Shown: positions 1-8,075 of the stretch, piece after piece
How the letters are laid out: every line of letters starts with the position of its first letter
Position numbering within the stretch: position 1 is the stretch's first letter
Assembly: GCA_964411255.1 (NCBI GenBank)
Contig: CAYPKD010000004.1
Location: 178,147-205,702, forward strand
Reading direction: 5' to 3'
From: an uncultured Gammaproteobacteria bacterium
GTDB lineage: Bacteria > Patescibacteriota > Patescibacteriia > UBA11705 > DATKZF01
DNA: 27,556 bases
The notes under the pieces: model-generated
Database searches by the model: none
What the model saw: the letters and a program-made list of their open reading frames with translations, nothing else
Told to the model about the DNA's origin: nothing
Position numbers and translations under genes: made by a program

Positions 1-921
1 AGCATAGCCATTTTTAACCATATATTCATTTACAAAATTCCCATTCACATAGATATATGCCAAATATCTACCTTCTTTATCCCTAACAGAAACATCCTGT
101 ACCAATTCAATCATCTTTCCTTCTACCAATTCTTTGTTCATCTTTGTCGCCTTTTGGCCAAAGCAATCATCATATGAAACTTCAGGCGCATCAATTCCAA
201 TATATCTGACAATTTTTCCGTTTTCCAATTCAATTGTATCACCGTCAATCACCCTTTTCACTCTTTGCTTTTTTATTAAACCTTCATCAATAGCTTCAAT
301 GACAGTACTTTCTGCCCCAATCCCCAAAGCCTTCATTATTTCATAAGCTACTTTTGGAGATGATAAATAGTATCGCTTTCCATTTTGCGGATTCACATAC
401 CAAGCCTCTCCTCTTTTTTCAACCTGAATAAGAATTTTACCTTTCGTATACCTGACTAACTCTTTATCAATAATTTTTTCATCAAATTTTTCTTTATGAA
501 AAAACGGACTGTGTTCGGTTGAAATCTCAGTGATATCATTATACCCGTCATCATCAGTATCTGCCTTATTTAAACTTGTACCAATAGCTGATTCAAGCAA
601 ATCTGGCAAACCATCTTTATCAACGTCAGATGCAGCATAATAATTTACAAATTCAAGACCAATGGGAATTTTATTAATATCATTATTGGTTATTCCAACG
701 CCAAGATCATTTACAATATTAAAAAATTGTATTCCATCCTTTAAGTAATATCTACGGCTATCTTTTGGGTTTATATACCAGGCTTCCCCGTTTTGCTCTA
801 CCTGAAGTAAAATCTTGCCTTTCAGGCTCTCAGGCGAAGGCACAGCCTTTGCTGGTTTTATTACATATAAACCAAGGCAAAATATAAGCAATATTGTTAT
901 TAAAAATATCTTTTTTTTCAT
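1..921 (-). CDS. Secreted thermonuclease (staphylococcal-nuclease/SNase fold). The N-terminus is complete (ATG at 919-921) and the C-terminus runs off the left edge of the window. It has a signal peptide, two roughly 60-aa repeats of the form KGKILxQVExxGEAWYxNP...RYYL, and two Asp-rich Ca-binding-like loops (DVDKDGLPD, DTDDDGYND).
   Basis: Own translation of the minus strand. MKKKIFLITILLIFCLGLYVIKPAKA is a signal-peptide-like start. The C-terminal part RVIDGDTIELENGKIVRYIGIDAPE...GRYLAYIYVNGNFVNEYMVKNGYA matches the SNase hallmark (VIDGDT...GIDAPE...GR.LAYV). The frame is continuous from position 921 to position 1 (307 codons). It is absent from the ORF track because it has no stop in the window. 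Confidence 0.8.
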   Translation of the reverse strand, partial: MKKKIFLITILLIFCLGLYVIKPAKAVPSPESLKGKILLQVEQNGEAWYINPKDSRRYYLKDGIQFFNIVNDLGVGITNNDINKIPIGLEFVNYYAASDVDKDGLPDLLESAIGTSLNKADTDDDGYNDITEISTEHSPFFHKEKFDEKIIDKELVRYTKGKILIQVEKRGEAWYVNPQNGKRYYLSSPKVAYEIMKALGIGAESTVIEAIDEGLIKKQRVKRVIDGDTIELENGKIVRYIGIDAPEVSYDDCFGQKATKMNKELVEGKMIELVQDVSVRDKEGRYLAYIYVNGNFVNEYMVKNGYA

Positions 922-1019
922 GCAGTTATTTCTTTTTTTTACTTTTATAATTCAATTGTGGATAACTATCTCTATTATATCAAAAAACCACTCTTTAGGG
1001 CAGTTTTTATTTATTTTAA

Positions 1020-1559
1020 TCACTTTTTCTTAATTTTTTTATAAATTAAATATCCAAGAGCAAACAATCCACCTGTTGCTAAACTGGCAAAGAAAAATGC
1101 GACTTTAAACGCTAATTCATCCATTTGCTTATCAACTTCTTGCCTTTGTTCTTTTTTCCTTAATTTATTAATGAAATAAATATTTAGAATTAATCCGTAT
1201 AATACATTTACTGATAATAAAACAATTCCAATTGCTGGCATAGCAATGAATAAAATAGCTCCGGCTATTGCCAACACGACCGTGCCAAACAAAATTAAAA
1301 AAAATGGTAAAACATATCTTTTGCCAACTTGTGCTTCATATGTAATTTTTCCAAATTCTTTTTGAGGCTCAACTATTGGAGCCTTCCCATATCTTGCCTC
1401 ATCAATACCTGAATATAAAATTATAATGCCAGTGAATAAAAAAGGACAAGCTACAGGACTAATTGCAGCTACTCCTGTAAAAATTGAAACTAAAACCACA
1501 GCTATACTAACAATTATAAATAAAATTCCTCCAATTTTCATTAAAGTTGGCCGCTTCAT
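1020..1559 (-). CDS. Small polytopic membrane protein, function unknown
   Basis: ORF of 179 aa with about four hydrophobic helices and a lysine-rich C-terminus. It lies 4 nt downstream of the preceding minus-strand gene. Confidence 0.5.
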   Translation of the reverse strand: MKRPTLMKIGGILFIIVSIAVVLVSIFTGVAAISPVACPFLFTGIIILYSGIDEARYGKAPIVEPQKEFGKITYEAQVGKRYVLPFFLILFGTVVLAIAGAILFIAMPAIGIVLLSVNVLYGLILNIYFINKLRKKEQRQEVDKQMDELAFKVAFFFASLATGGLFALGYLIYKKIKKK

Positions 1560-1563
1560 ATAT

Positions 1564-2790
1564 TTAAATGTCTCTTTTATAAATATTAAATTTTAATCCA
1601 TCTTCTGCTATAATCAAATCATAAAATTTAAATTTTAAATTTTTCAAAACCTGCATTGAAGCTTTATTTTCAACATTTCTGAGACAAACTGCACCCCATA
1701 TTTTAGTATATTTTGTATCAATTAAATCATTTATTAGCCTTTGGAAAAGAGTTTGTCCTATTCTTTGATTCTGATAATTTATATCAACTGCTATTTGCTC
1801 AGCATAAATCAAAGGCCTTTGCTGATCTAAAATATATTTAGTAATATCATCTGAAATATTTAGTTTTTCAATAAAATCATCTGTAAATGCGGATAAAAAT
1901 CCAATTACCTCACCTGCTTTTTCAGCAACATAAAAGTACGGATTATCTTTAATATATTCTTCGTATCTTCGCATTGGCGGTACTTCGAATTCAACAAATC
2001 CTTTTGCTTTTTGCGAAGAGCGTCTAATATTATAATCCATAGTCAATTGTCTAACAATTTCCGCATCTTTAATCTGTGCTTTTCTAATCAAAACATCAGG
2101 ATGGCTGTTCCATTTAAACTTATCCATTACTTTTATAACTCCATACATAAACGGTGTATCAATGGCTGCAATTATAACTTTTACCACCCATTGTCCTAAA
2201 ATCAAGGGCCAAATCGGAAAAATACCATAAAAAGCAATAACAACAAAAATTACTGAATCAAGCAACTGGCTGACAATAGTTGACGCATTATTTCTTAGCC
2301 AAAGATGTTTGCCCTTGGTTAATTTTTTCAAAAAATGAAATGCCCAGACATCATGATGCTGGCTGATTAAATAAGCTATAAATCCAGCAACTGCGATTCG
2401 AGGTGTTAAACTTAAAACTTCTTTAAATTTATCAGCCAATTCAATTGCATAAGGTGCAGGCTTCCAGTACATTGCAATATATAAGGATAAAATAAAAATT
2501 AAATTTGCATAAAATCCTGTCCAAACCGCACGCCGGGCTGCCCTTTTCCCCCATTTTTCAGATAAAATATCAGTGATTAAAAATGTCATGGAAAAGGCAA
2601 TCACGCCTGCAGGCACTGTAAATGGGCCAAAACTTACTATTTTAACGGCCAAAACATTAGCAATCACCACTAAAGCAGCCATAATAGCAATGGGATAAAA
2701 AACTCCGTATTTTTTTCCTAAAATACCTGCAAATGATGCAACCACTAAAGTTACAATAATCCAAATTAAAATCAATATTATTTCTGGCAT
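1564..2790 (-). CDS. Fusion protein: N-terminal YhhQ/DUF165 (VUT-family queuosine-precursor transporter-like) membrane domain plus C-terminal GNAT N-acetyltransferase domain
   Basis: The N-terminal 230 aa are polytopic, with the YhhQ-like signature FSMTFLITDILSEKWGK (compare the FPLTFLxTDxINE core of that family). The C-terminal 170 aa have the GNAT fold pattern (VIGFLSAFTDD...IAVDINYQNQRIGQTLFQRLI...), whose Q/RxxGxG/A acetyl-CoA motif is QRIGQTL. Confidence 0.7.
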   Translation of the reverse strand: MPEIILILIWIIVTLVVASFAGILGKKYGVFYPIAIMAALVVIANVLAVKIVSFGPFTVPAGVIAFSMTFLITDILSEKWGKRAARRAVWTGFYANLIFILSLYIAMYWKPAPYAIELADKFKEVLSLTPRIAVAGFIAYLISQHHDVWAFHFLKKLTKGKHLWLRNNASTIVSQLLDSVIFVVIAFYGIFPIWPLILGQWVVKVIIAAIDTPFMYGVIKVMDKFKWNSHPDVLIRKAQIKDAEIVRQLTMDYNIRRSSQKAKGFVEFEVPPMRRYEEYIKDNPYFYVAEKAGEVIGFLSAFTDDFIEKLNISDDITKYILDQQRPLIYAEQIAVDINYQNQRIGQTLFQRLINDLIDTKYTKIWGAVCLRNVENKASMQVLKNLKFKFYDLIIAEDGLKFNIYKRDI

Positions 2791-2993
2791 ATATTATTTA
2801 ATTTACCTTTCCAATCTTTTATATCCAATCTTTGAAAATTATCTCCATGCAATGCTTGCCCGGTTATTAATTTATAAATCAAATAAGGTGCTGCGCACTG
2901 CTCGCATTTATTATGACCGCCAAAAGAGCAATAACCCTGCTTTTCCCAAAGCGATAAACAAAATTTTAATTCATTTAATAATTTTTCCTGCAT
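2778..2993 (-). CDS. Cys-rich small protein of 71 aa, unknown function (4 Cys: Cx7CxxC plus one)
   Basis: The ORF overlaps the start of the downstream transporter gene by 13 nt, which suggests translational coupling. There is no recognisable family. It could be a spurious ORF. Confidence 0.35.
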   Translation of the reverse strand: MQEKLLNELKFCLSLWEKQGYCSFGGHNKCEQCAAPYLIYKLITGQALHGDNFQRLDIKDWKGKLNNICQK

Positions 2994-2995
2994 AT

Positions 2996-3424
2996 TTACT
3001 TTTTATTTTTTAAAATTTTAAAAGCTTTTTCAATTGCCTGAAATTCTGGCAATTTTTTATCATAATAATCAGCAAATTCATTTTTTGACAACCATTTATA
3101 CTGCTGAATTTCATCTTCTAATATTTTAATTTCCTGTTTTGGATCTTTCATCTTAGCAAAATATACTATTTCTACCCCTTCCCTTTCTTCGCTAAACATA
3201 AAAGATATAGTATAAAATGGATCTTCAACTATTATATCAATACCAAGTTCTTCCTTTACTTCTCTTTTTAATGCATCATAGCAATCTTCACCAAATTCTT
3301 TTCGGCCACCAACTAATTCCCATTTATTTGGCAGAAAATCTTTTTTATTTGATCTTTGGCAAGCTAAAAATTGATTCTTGTCATTGTAAATGAAAGCGAC
3401 TACGACTATTTCTCTTTTTTTCAT
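2996..3424 (-). CDS. NUDIX hydrolase
   Basis: The Nudix box GGRKEFGEDCYDALKREVKEELGI fits the pattern Gx5Ex7REUxEExGU. Confidence 0.8.
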   Translation of the reverse strand: MKKREIVVVAFIYNDKNQFLACQRSNKKDFLPNKWELVGGRKEFGEDCYDALKREVKEELGIDIIVEDPFYTISFMFSEEREGVEIVYFAKMKDPKQEIKILEDEIQQYKWLSKNEFADYYDKKLPEFQAIEKAFKILKNKK

Positions 3425-3843
3425 ACATTTTTTTCAATAAACGGTTTAATAATATTAATTATCTCATCAGCTCCATTACAAGGAAATGAAATTGGTTTGC
3501 CTTTTTTAAATTCTAATGTTACAAATTCAGAAGTCTGCCACATGCTCATTGGATATACTGCGCCTTTTCTTATACCTTTTAATTTTGAAATCGGAATTTT
3601 TCTAATAAAAGGGAAAAAACCAACCACTAATCTGTCTTGCCTTGAAAAATCCACCCAATATCCAAACAGCACGCCAAATAAAATCAAACCTATTGGTGCA
3701 AATATTACAATTATTATCCATTTCAATGGTCCCCAAACTAATTCTTCTGCTGGAATCCATATCCAAGTAATTATCCACCCAGTCCAAAGTAATAAATAAT
3801 AAATATAAGGTGATAGTTTTAAATTATAATGGTGTTTGAACAT
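3421..3843 (-). CDS. Membrane protein with a bacterial PH-like (bPH_2/YdbS-like) domain
   Basis: It has an N-terminal hydrophobic hairpin followed by a soluble segment of about 70 aa. The domain assignment is from memory of the YdbS-like architecture. Confidence 0.5.
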   Translation of the reverse strand: MFKHHYNLKLSPYIYYLLLWTGWIITWIWIPAEELVWGPLKWIIIVIFAPIGLILFGVLFGYWVDFSRQDRLVVGFFPFIRKIPISKLKGIRKGAVYPMSMWQTSEFVTLEFKKGKPISFPCNGADEIINIIKPFIEKNV

Positions 3844-3846
3844 ATC

Positions 3847-3875
3847 TTGACAAATAAAATATTTTTATATATAAT
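3847..3875 (+). promoter_or_regulatory. Perfect-consensus sigma70 promoter TTGACA-N17-TATAAT upstream of the 3925 CDS
   Basis: TTGACA is at 3847-3852, a 17-nt spacer follows, and TATAAT is at 3870-3875. The RBS AAAGGAGGAAAAAACAATG lies at 3909-3927. Confidence 0.6.
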
Positions 3876-3924
3876 ATAATGTCTCTAAAATTGGAAAAAT
3901 GAAGATATAAAGGAGGAAAAAACA

Positions 3925-4659
3925 ATGTATCGACTCATCCGCATAGCAGATAATTATGCAATGGTTATTGCTGTTACACCTGAAGACGCAAAACCAGAAG
4001 ATCAGGGTTCACGATTTTTCCTGTATAATGAATATATTGCTCAGCAAAAGAAAGTAGATCCAGATTTTGTTGAAGTAACAAAAAGTGTTGCTATACAATA
4101 CTTTGGTGGCATTGCTGATGGCCTTGGCTGGGGAAATCTACCCTCAAAAGCATTTAAAACTTTAGATGAAATTAAGGTTTGGAGACAAAAATCAGTAAAG
4201 GCTTGGACAGAAAAAAGACTAGCAGAGCAGGAAGCTCGGAAGAAAGAAAGACTAGTAGAACTGAAGGAGAAAAATGCCAGGTTTAAAATCATCCGCGTGG
4301 CAGAAGACTATTCAATGATTCTTGCAATTATACCTGAAGACGCAAAGCCAGATACTGAAGGCAGCCTTCTTTTTATGTATAATAAATGGAATGAATCGGC
4401 TGAGTCAAATGATTGCGATTTCGAAGACATAACAGAAAGTGGAGAAGGTTGGCTCCTCAGTAGATGGTTCCTTAGTAGTCATACTGATGATCTTGGCTGG
4501 GCAGATTTACCGTCTGAAACATTTGAAACTTTAAACGAGATCAAAGCTTGGAGAGAAAAAAGAATAGAAGAGGGTGAAATTAAGGATACAAAAGTTTGGC
4601 GAGACAAAGTGTTGACAGCAATGACGGATGACAAAATATTAACAACGGACGATATATAA
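3925..4659 (+). CDS. Internally duplicated protein of 244 aa (two repeats of about 121 aa), unknown function
   Basis: Repeat 1 (MYRLIRIADNYAMVIAVTPEDAKPEDQGS...LGWGNLPSKAFKTLDEIKVWRQK) and repeat 2 (RFKIIRVAEDYSMILAIIPEDAKPDTEGS...LGWADLPSETFETLNEIKAWREK) are clearly homologous. A strong SD and a consensus promoter precede it, and a terminator follows. Confidence 0.7.
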   Translation: MYRLIRIADNYAMVIAVTPEDAKPEDQGSRFFLYNEYIAQQKKVDPDFVEVTKSVAIQYFGGIADGLGWGNLPSKAFKTLDEIKVWRQKSVKAWTEKRLAEQEARKKERLVELKEKNARFKIIRVAEDYSMILAIIPEDAKPDTEGSLLFMYNKWNESAESNDCDFEDITESGEGWLLSRWFLSSHTDDLGWADLPSETFETLNEIKAWREKRIEEGEIKDTKVWRDKVLTAMTDDKILTTDDI

Positions 4660-4676
4660 TATCGTTCGTTTTTTAA
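4644..4676. terminator. Bidirectional intrinsic terminator shared by the convergent genes ending at 4659(+) and 4673(-)
   Basis: Hairpin AACGGACGATAT-ATA-ATATCGTTCGTT (12-bp stem with one G:U) followed by TTTTTT. The + gene stop codon lies in the loop. Confidence 0.6.
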
Positions 4677-4978
4677 ATTTGCCCAGTATGATTCCTATTT
4701 TTATTATTTTCAATAATTTTATTTAAAACTTCTTCACTTTCAACGCCAAACATTTCGCATAAACCCAAACAATATATTATTAAATCTCCAACTGCATCAA
4801 TCATTTCTTCTTTATTGCTAATTTCTTTTGCTATTTTTTTATCACTATTTTTAAATGCCTTTGCCAACTCGCCCAATTCTTCAGTCATTAAAATAATTTC
4901 TTTGCCAACATCAGTGATATTAAAACCTCGCTCAACTTTGTTTTGATATACTTGCTTTTGTAATTCATTTAAACTCAT
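4673..4978 (-). CDS. MazG-like all-alpha nucleoside triphosphate pyrophosphohydrolase (small, 101 aa)
   Basis: It shows the motifs TEELGELAKA and EEMIDAVGDLIIYCLGLC plus NNKNR, matching the EExGE ... D/ExxD pattern of MazG/HisE-type NTP-PPases. Confidence 0.65.
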   Translation of the reverse strand: MSLNELQKQVYQNKVERGFNITDVGKEIILMTEELGELAKAFKNSDKKIAKEISNKEEMIDAVGDLIIYCLGLCEMFGVESEEVLNKIIENNKNRNHTGQI

Positions 4979-4981
4979 ATT

Positions 4982-5236
4982 TTAATAAAAAATTATGTTA
5001 ATAAATATAAAAAATATACTTGAACCTAAAAAAACTCCAATCACATCCCAAAATAAATCTTTAAATGAAAATCCAAATCTATTTTTCCCAAAACCATCAT
5101 ACAATTCTCTAAAAATTCCAAATAAAATAAAAAATGGGCCAATAAAAACTGAACCCAAAATAGATATAATTAAATGTTCTAACTTATCTTTACCAAACCA
5201 TTCATCTTTTTTATTGTCAGCAAATTTAAATGCCAT
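4982..5236 (-). CDS. Small membrane protein of 84 aa, possibly a VanZ-like fragment
   Basis: It has a DKLEHLI motif and two hydrophobic helices. The assignment is weak. Confidence 0.4.
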   Translation of the reverse strand: MAFKFADNKKDEWFGKDKLEHLIISILGSVFIGPFFILFGIFRELYDGFGKNRFGFSFKDLFWDVIGVFLGSSIFFIFINIIFY

Positions 5237-5253
5237 TTTTTTATTTTTATTTG

Positions 5254-5288
5254 TTACAAGTTACAAGCTATAAGCTACAAGACTATAA
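5254..5288. repeat. Tandem heptamer repeat (T/C)TACAAG x4-5
   Basis: The sequence reads TTACAAG TTACAAG CTATAAG CTACAAG ACTATAA. It sits between the stop of the HD-GYP gene and the start of the 4982-5236 gene. Confidence 0.5.
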
Positions 5289-6368
5289 TTGATCAAAAAT
5301 TAGCCTGCTATTCCAATTCGAATCCTTTTTTTGAATAATTTCTAAACAAGCGTCAACCACATCCTCATCAAAAATCCAGCCTTTATTTCTTGAAATCTCT
5401 TCTATTGCTACTTCAATACCTTGGGCTGGCCGATAAGACCTTGGAAATGAAAATGCTTCCACCACATCAGCCACTGCTAATATTTTAGCTTCTAATAAAA
5501 TATCATCTTCTGTTAAACCTTGTGGGTATCCTGATCCATCCAGCCTTTCATGATGCTGATATACAATTTCAGCCACTGGCCATGGGAATTCAATCTTCTT
5601 TAATATATCATAACCTACTTTTGCATGAGTCCGGGCTAATTCTAATTCTAAATCTGTCAGCTCGTGCGGTTTGTTTAATATTGCTGAGGGTACAGCCATT
5701 TTTCCAATATCATGCAACAATGCTGCGATTCGCAAACCTGATATTTTGTCTTCATCCAATCCCATTTCAGCTGCAATTGCGCATGCTAATTTAGCCACAT
5801 TTTTTTGATGTCCGGCTGTAAACGGATCTCTCATTGCAATCGTTGATGCCAACACATCAACTGTCTGGTCGAACAATTCTTTCGTTTTCTTATTACTATC
5901 CTCTAATTTTTTTTCTGATTTTTTACTTGATGTTACATCCTGAATTAAAGTGACAAAATATCCTTTTTGAGGACTATAAACCGATATTTCCAGCCATTTA
6001 TCAACTCTTTCAAAATAATATTCAAATGAAACTTCCTGCTGAGTTGATGCTACTTGGCTATAAATATCAAAAATATCTTTTTGAAAAAAACGATAATCTG
6101 AAAATACTTCAGATACTTTTTTGCCCACTATTTCCTGATCGCTATAATTCGCTAGTTTTTTAAACGCATCATTTACTTCTAAATATGAAAAATCAACCGG
6201 TTCATCATTGTCATCATATATTATCTGACAATAAGCAAAAGCATTGGGTATGTTATGAAATAACATCCGATATCTATCATCTGAATTCTGGGATTGGCCT
6301 TCTTTTTTATCATTTTCTTCCATAATATATAAAAAAATATGAATCAATTTGGTATTATAATGTAGCAA
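5283..6368 (-). CDS. PAS-domain sensor fused to an HD-GYP phosphodiesterase domain (c-di-GMP PDE family)
   Basis: It has a PAS-like N-terminus and the HD-GYP motifs LLHDIGK and HHERLDGSGYP. Confidence 0.8.
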   Translation of the reverse strand: MLHYNTKLIHIFLYIMEENDKKEGQSQNSDDRYRMLFHNIPNAFAYCQIIYDDNDEPVDFSYLEVNDAFKKLANYSDQEIVGKKVSEVFSDYRFFQKDIFDIYSQVASTQQEVSFEYYFERVDKWLEISVYSPQKGYFVTLIQDVTSSKKSEKKLEDSNKKTKELFDQTVDVLASTIAMRDPFTAGHQKNVAKLACAIAAEMGLDEDKISGLRIAALLHDIGKMAVPSAILNKPHELTDLELELARTHAKVGYDILKKIEFPWPVAEIVYQHHERLDGSGYPQGLTEDDILLEAKILAVADVVEAFSFPRSYRPAQGIEVAIEEISRNKGWIFDEDVVDACLEIIQKKDSNWNSRLIFDQL

Positions 6369-6390
6369 AAATTATCAAATTTTACAAGCA

Positions 6391-7077
6391 CTAAAGCTTT
6401 TTCATTTCATAAATCTGATATTCATTATCAACAAAACTTTCTATTGCCAAAGGAGTTCTTATGCTCTTTATTAAAATTATTTCATATCCATATTGTCTTG
6501 CTATATCCTTAATAGCATCTAAATCAGCGAAATTCCCAGTACCTAAAAGCAATCGGCCATTTTTTTTCAAAAACTTTTCAGCGTCTTTGATATATTTTTC
6601 TAAACCCTGATAATTATAATCAAAACCTGCTTGCAGTAAAATCTCCTCATCAGGATTATCTCCTTTATTAAATGGGTGATTCCAGAAAATAAAATCAAAT
6701 TTCTCATCTCTGGGCAAAGGCTCATACATGTTGCCTTCATAAACTGGAATATCCAAATTCAATTTTTCAAAATTCAGTCTTGCATTTTGAACTGCAACCG
6801 GATTTATGTCTGTAGCTGAAACTTTTGCGCCTTTTAATGCAGCAAACACTGCAATAATTCCAATCCCAGTACCAATCTCTAACATTTTTTTATTGCCAAC
6901 AATTTTGGGCACTTCTTTTGCGAACCAAACGCTATCAGTAAAATATTTTGGTGAAAAAACATTTGGCAATATCGTAAACTCAATTCCTTCAACTTCAATA
7001 TTATAAGGTTTATCATGCTTTTTAATCTGCTCAAAAACCTCTCGCACCTCCTTTTCCCATTGCTGTTTTGTTACCAT
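6391..7077 (-). CDS. Class I SAM-dependent methyltransferase (MTS/HemK-PrmC-like small-domain MTase)
   Basis: The SAM-binding motif is LEIGTGIGIIAV, the acidic loop is SATDIN, and the catalytic motif FWNHPF resembles NPPY/DPPY. The start is placed at the Met at 7077, because the upstream Met at 7137 would overlap the preceding MazG gene by 59 nt. ATG 7077 is 1 nt from the MazG stop at 7079. Confidence 0.65.
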   Translation of the reverse strand: MVTKQQWEKEVREVFEQIKKHDKPYNIEVEGIEFTILPNVFSPKYFTDSVWFAKEVPKIVGNKKMLEIGTGIGIIAVFAALKGAKVSATDINPVAVQNARLNFEKLNLDIPVYEGNMYEPLPRDEKFDFIFWNHPFNKGDNPDEEILLQAGFDYNYQGLEKYIKDAEKFLKKNGRLLLGTGNFADLDAIKDIARQYGYEIILIKSIRTPLAIESFVDNEYQIYEMKKL

Positions 7078-7078
7078 A

Positions 7079-7396
7079 TTATAAATGCTTTTCATTAAGC
7101 TGTTCCCAATCCCAATTTCTGTCCTTATTAATCTCAATTTTATTCAAAATTTCCTTTTCCGCATCAACTTCAAAAACTCCGCATAAATGTAAAATACGAA
7201 TTAATGCATCAGCTAATTCTTCTTTAAATCCATGTGGGCCTTCAATTTGTTTTTTGCGATAAGCTTCATAAGCTTCAGCTATTTCAGTGTGAATCAAAGC
7301 AATCTTTTCCGGCACATTAACTTTATCTTTATCAGTTACCCAACCCTTTTCATCAGCCAGTTTTAAAATTTCTTCAGTTAATTTATTTATTTCCAT
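7079..7396 (-). CDS. MazG-like NTP pyrophosphohydrolase (105 aa)
   Basis: It has IALIHTEIAEAYEA and EELADALIRILHLC plus NKDR, the same architecture as the 4673 paralog. Confidence 0.65.
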   Translation of the reverse strand: MEINKLTEEILKLADEKGWVTDKDKVNVPEKIALIHTEIAEAYEAYRKKQIEGPHGFKEELADALIRILHLCGVFEVDAEKEILNKIEINKDRNWDWEQLNEKHL

Positions 7397-7397
7397 A

Positions 7398-7658
7398 TTA
7401 TTTAAAAGAAATTATTTGATAACCATATTTTTCAATATCTTCTTTAGACCAAAATTTCAAATCCTTTGTCTTCAAAACATAAGTAACTTGTTTTTCGATT
7501 TCTCTGCCTGTATATTCTTTTGTTTTTGGATCCCATTCTTTTAAAACCAAGTCATCGCCGGAATTGCATTCAAAGTCAGCTAATCGCAATTCAAATGTTT
7601 TATCACCATCAATAATTTTTTGAAAATATTTTGGCCAGACTTTTTTTTCAATATTCAT
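7398..7658 (-). CDS. ASCH/PUA-like small beta-barrel protein (DUF3850-like), 86 aa
   Basis: It contains the KTFELRLADFECNSGDDLVLKEW pattern typical of ASCH-like domains. This is weaker than the enzyme calls. Confidence 0.45.
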   Translation of the reverse strand: MNIEKKVWPKYFQKIIDGDKTFELRLADFECNSGDDLVLKEWDPKTKEYTGREIEKQVTYVLKTKDLKFWSKEDIEKYGYQIISFK

Positions 7659-7663
7659 ATAAA

Positions 7664-8074
7664 TTATTTAATTTTTTGGATATCCCCATTTAATATTATT
7701 GGCTTTGTATGTAAAATTTCCTGGGTATAACGTAACACCTGTTTTTCAGGTGGTGTATAAAGCAAAAATGTTTTTTTCTTCAAATAATATGCTAATCCAA
7801 TCTCAATTAAAGTTGCTCCACCAATATACCCTTTCATTCCATTCTTTGGATGATTCAATACTAAAAAAATATCGCTATCTTCCAGCTTCATCATTGAATC
7901 ACGCATAATATCCATAGATTCTGTATGATCAGGATCCATATTTAATTCTGGATTTTCCACGCATTGTTCTGTATCAGCAGGAACCAATACCTCAAATCCC
8001 ATTTCCTCTAATTTTTTCTGAGTCTCAAGCATCTCTTTTGCAAAATGCATTGAACCGCCAATATAAATTTTCAT
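7664..8074 (-). CDS. Protein of the nucleoside 2-deoxyribosyltransferase / DNPH1(Rcl)-like family (dNMP N-glycosidase-like)
   Basis: An N-terminal MKIYIGGSM resembles YxxGxxR/M. The core SDIFLVLNHPKNGMKGYIGGATLIEIGLAYYLKKKTFLL fits the (A/S)DxxVAxL...S.GTxxExGxA...GKPV pattern of that superfamily. Confidence 0.6.
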   Translation of the reverse strand: MKIYIGGSMHFAKEMLETQKKLEEMGFEVLVPADTEQCVENPELNMDPDHTESMDIMRDSMMKLEDSDIFLVLNHPKNGMKGYIGGATLIEIGLAYYLKKKTFLLYTPPEKQVLRYTQEILHTKPIILNGDIQKIK

Positions 8075-8075
8075 A

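Noticed and set aside
815-1033. + strand ORF of 72 aa and other short + ORFs inside minus-strand genes (134-346, 2011-2199, 3371-3799, 3602-3787, 4041-4292, 4995-5273, 5522-5794, 6806-7006, 7068-7262, 7699-7908, 8751-9023, 10655-10849, 12313-12495, 12951-13163, 14806-15090, 15124-15345, 17085-17288, 17500-17694, 18089-18337, 18850-19104, 20942-21247, 21662-21859, 23775-24008, 24441-24725, 24958-25236)
   Set aside because: Each is fully embedded antisense, or out of frame, within a longer ORF that has clear domain motifs. They have low-complexity composition, lack an SD, and are typical AT-rich shadow ORFs.
6391-7137. Methyltransferase start at the first Met (7137) as given in the ORF track
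   Set aside because: It would overlap the upstream MazG gene by 59 nt. The Met at 7077 abuts the MazG stop with a 1-nt spacer, matching the 1-5-nt coupling seen throughout the operon. The longer form is not excluded.
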